Below are positions 35,121 through 36,898 of a stretch of DNA of 36,898 nucleotides, piece by piece. The position numbers and the translations under genes were made by a program. Position 1 is the stretch's first letter; the number at the start of each line of letters is the position of its first letter. Source of the stretch: Candidatus Omnitrophota bacterium (lineage in GTDB: Bacteria; Omnitrophota; Gorgyraeia; 1-14-0-20-64-10); the NCBI GenBank assembly GCA_030651065.1, contig JAUSCU010000025.1, positions 1-36,898 on the forward strand. Direction: 5' to 3'. Under the pieces are notes generated by a model that was not told the origin of the DNA, did not search any database, and saw nothing but the letters and a program-made list of their open reading frames with translations.

Positions 35121-35191
35121 TTGCCCCGCTAGGATTCGAACCTAGACAAGCAGATCCAGAATCTGCTGTGCTACCGTTACACCACAGGGCA
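35121..35191 (-). tRNA. tRNA-Gln (anticodon CTG), CCA not encoded
   Basis: TGCCCTGTGGTGTAACGGTAGCACAGCAGATTCTGGATCTGCTTGTCTAGGTTCGAATCCTAGCGGGGCAA folds as a cloverleaf with anticodon arm GCAGA-TTCTGGA-TCTGC and T arm CTAGG-TTCGAAT-CCTAG. Confidence 0.97.
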
Positions 35192-35207
35192 AGAGAAACA
35201 GTCTTTG

Positions 35208-35217
35208 ATTATATAAT
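35208..35217. promoter_or_regulatory. Overlapping bidirectional -10 elements (tRNA-Gln / DCC1 gene)
   Basis: The palindrome ATTATATAAT gives TATAAT on both strands in the 45-bp divergent gap. Confidence 0.65.
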
Positions 35218-35236
35218 ACCGGGGGAGGGGACGGGG

Positions 35237-35632
35237 ATGGAACGGGTGATCTTCTTCGATGGGGTTTGCGATTTCTGCTCCTTCTGGGTCAAGTTCGTGA
35301 TCCGGCGGGACCCCCAGGGTAAATTCCGTTTCGCGCCGCTGCAGTCTCCGATGGGCCGGGAGGTCTGCCGGACGCTGAATCTCCCAGAGGATCCGCCTCA
35401 ATCGGTCATCCTGAAAGAAAACAACCGGACCTTCACCCAATCCGCGGCGTCGCTTAGGATCCTTAAGGAACTCACCGGCCTTTGGCCTCTCCTGTACGCC
35501 CTCATCGCCGTTCCCGCCCCGCTGCGGAATTTGGTCTACCGGTTCATCGCGACTAACCGGTACCGGTGGTTTGGAAAAGAGGAGTCCTGCTTTGTGCCGG
35601 CACCGGAGATCCGGAGCCGGTTCCTCAGTTAG
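35237..35632 (+). CDS. DCC1-like thiol-disulfide oxidoreductase (DUF393)
   Basis: MERVIFFDGVCDFC (DxxCxxC), FRFAPLQS, YRFIATNRYRWFGK..SC; GGAGG upstream. Confidence 0.92.
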   Translation: MERVIFFDGVCDFCSFWVKFVIRRDPQGKFRFAPLQSPMGREVCRTLNLPEDPPQSVILKENNRTFTQSAASLRILKELTGLWPLLYALIAVPAPLRNLVYRFIATNRYRWFGKEESCFVPAPEIRSRFLS

Positions 35633-36474
35633 ACCGTCTTAGAGTGGACCGCGGCGCGCAAGAGTTCTTCGTCGAACCCTTCCGGCGTTTTCTTGTAGCG
35701 AGCGTATACATACAGGGCCGTCTGAAATACCGTCGTCAAGGTATCGTACAAAGCCTGCGCCAGGATCAGGTAGGCGACGCCACAGGTCTTGAACATCCAT
35801 CCGGGTGTGAAAAGGAGCCCAACACCCGGCAGCATCAACACCCCGAAGATCGCCCCGAAGCTGATCTGCCCTACGAGCTGCTTGCCCCATGTCTCGCGAA
35901 GCAACTCCGCGGACCTGGCCAGCGCTTTCAGCGGAGGTTTTCCCTCAATGATGATCACGGGAACCGCGAAAAAACTTAGCAGGTTGAAGGCGATGTTCGA
36001 GACGTCCGCGACAATCTTTTCAATCCTCGTTCGGCCCAGCAATCCAAGGAGGAACCTCAACCCTGTCACCACCGCAGCCCAGCCAAGCAACGCGGGCAAA
36101 CGCTTGAACGCCATCCGGAAGCCTGTCTCCAACGTGGGGTCTTCCCCGATAAACCGGGTAATCACGCAACCCACGATCGCAGCTGTGGAAAAATAAATCG
36201 CCGCGTTGGCAGCCAGCATCCAAAGGAACAGGGCCACGAAAGGTTTGATGCCGAAATAAAACAGGTTGGACTGAAACTTGTCTCCGGCGCCGGCCAGAAT
36301 GCCGGCCCGTCCGCCCATGATCGAGTAGATCGCGATCATAAAAAGACCGAACGAAGAGAGGATCAGGACCCACTCGAGTAAGGAGAACAAGATCATCTCC
36401 TTGTCTTTTCGATAGACGTTCCACGAAGCGGCCATCAATTCCCAGGCGTGCGGATCTCCCGTCATGGGTCTCAA
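35629..36474 (-). CDS. Membrane protein, DUF6159-like (start TTG 36474 or ATG 36465)
   Basis: About 6 hydrophobic segments; SWNVYRKDKEM, FAVPVIIIEG...ALARSAELLRETWG, FQTALYVYA. Confidence 0.7.
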   Translation of the reverse strand: MRPMTGDPHAWELMAASWNVYRKDKEMILFSLLEWVLILSSFGLFMIAIYSIMGGRAGILAGAGDKFQSNLFYFGIKPFVALFLWMLAANAAIYFSTAAIVGCVITRFIGEDPTLETGFRMAFKRLPALLGWAAVVTGLRFLLGLLGRTRIEKIVADVSNIAFNLLSFFAVPVIIIEGKPPLKALARSAELLRETWGKQLVGQISFGAIFGVLMLPGVGLLFTPGWMFKTCGVAYLILAQALYDTLTTVFQTALYVYARYKKTPEGFDEELLRAAVHSKTV

Positions 36475-36898
36475 GAAGAGCAGAGGGTCTCGGCGGCTTT
36501 GCGCAGGCGCGGGATCACGCGCCCCTTGCCGGCCACTTGCAGAACGTGGAACAGGCTGGGCCCGACCGAACGGCCGGTGACGGCGACACGGGTCGGGTGG
36601 ATGAGATCCGCCGCTTTGAGTTTCAGCTCCTGCGCCAACGCGCGGCAGGCTGCTTCCGCTCCGGCGGCGTCCCAGGTCTCCAGCTTTTCCAGCCGGTCGG
36701 CGTAAGCGGTAAGATTCGCCCCAACTCCTGGCTGCTTCAGCCGGGAATTAACCGCCTCCTCATCGAACGGGATCTCCTCCGTAAAGAGCCCCTGGGTCTG
36801 CCGGACAAGGTCCTCTACTGTTTCGGCGCGGCTCTTGTAGAGCTCCACCACCTCGGAGAGCCAGGGGCCGTCGGTCACCGTCCAGTTTCTCTCCCGGA
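36471..36898 (-). CDS. gltX: Glutamate--tRNA ligase, C-terminal anticodon-binding domain (partial)
   Basis: LKAADLIHPTRVAVTGRSVGPSLFHVLQVAGKGRVIPRL; the ORF is open to the window edge; near tRNA-Gln. Confidence 0.9.
   Translation of the reverse strand, partial: RERNWTVTDGPWLSEVVELYKSRAETVEDLVRQTQGLFTEEIPFDEEAVNSRLKQPGVGANLTAYADRLEKLETWDAAGAEAACRALAQELKLKAADLIHPTRVAVTGRSVGPSLFHVLQVAGKGRVIPRLRKAAETLCSS

Noticed and set aside
34925-35138. attL/attR of a prophage or ICE carrying the peptide cluster; or an intron-containing tRNA
   Set aside because: The repeats enclose only ~175 bp rather than the cluster, no integrase is present, and the tRNA is already complete and contiguous.
1-36898. CRISPR array, rRNA or IS element
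   Set aside because: No regularly spaced repeats, cas genes, rRNA-like sequence or transposase motifs were seen.

Overview
This is a GC-rich bacterial window, possibly Omnitrophota-like (inference from gene content only). The left ~25.8 kb is housekeeping. It holds a partial dedA, DUF502, and a complete phosphate regulon (phoB-phoR, a 73-aa ORF, a putative porin, pstSCAB-phoU) with two Pho-box-like TTACA repeats. It continues with acetolactate synthase, a glycosidase-like gene, an AlkP-EEP phosphoesterase fusion, rhlE, exbBD, D-2-hydroxyacid dehydrogenase, ADP-forming acetate-CoA ligase, a CBS protein, a P-type ATPase and a GIY-YIG nuclease. The highlight is a visibly more AT-rich ~9 kb island (25854-34879) just 3' of tRNA-Gln(CTG) that looks like an undescribed RiPP-type peptide-modification system. 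It contains two small precursor genes missed by the ORF track (37 and 44 aa) that share a lasso-like leader motif YEPPxxTxEGNIRxM[VI] followed by only 4 residues (SSAT / AAIY). It also encodes two PqqD/RRE proteins, an S26 peptidase-GNAT fusion, two GT2-TPR glycosyltransferases, two SAM methyltransferases (one with an in-frame TAA), a GT2-HprK-like kinase fusion and a nucleotidyltransferase. No lasso cyclase, radical SAM enzyme or exporter is present. A ~150-bp palindromic element built from tRNA 3'-end copies separates the island from the tRNA. The right end carries a DCC1-like oxidoreductase, a membrane protein and the 3' end of gltX. All calls come from reading motifs by eye; no searches were run.
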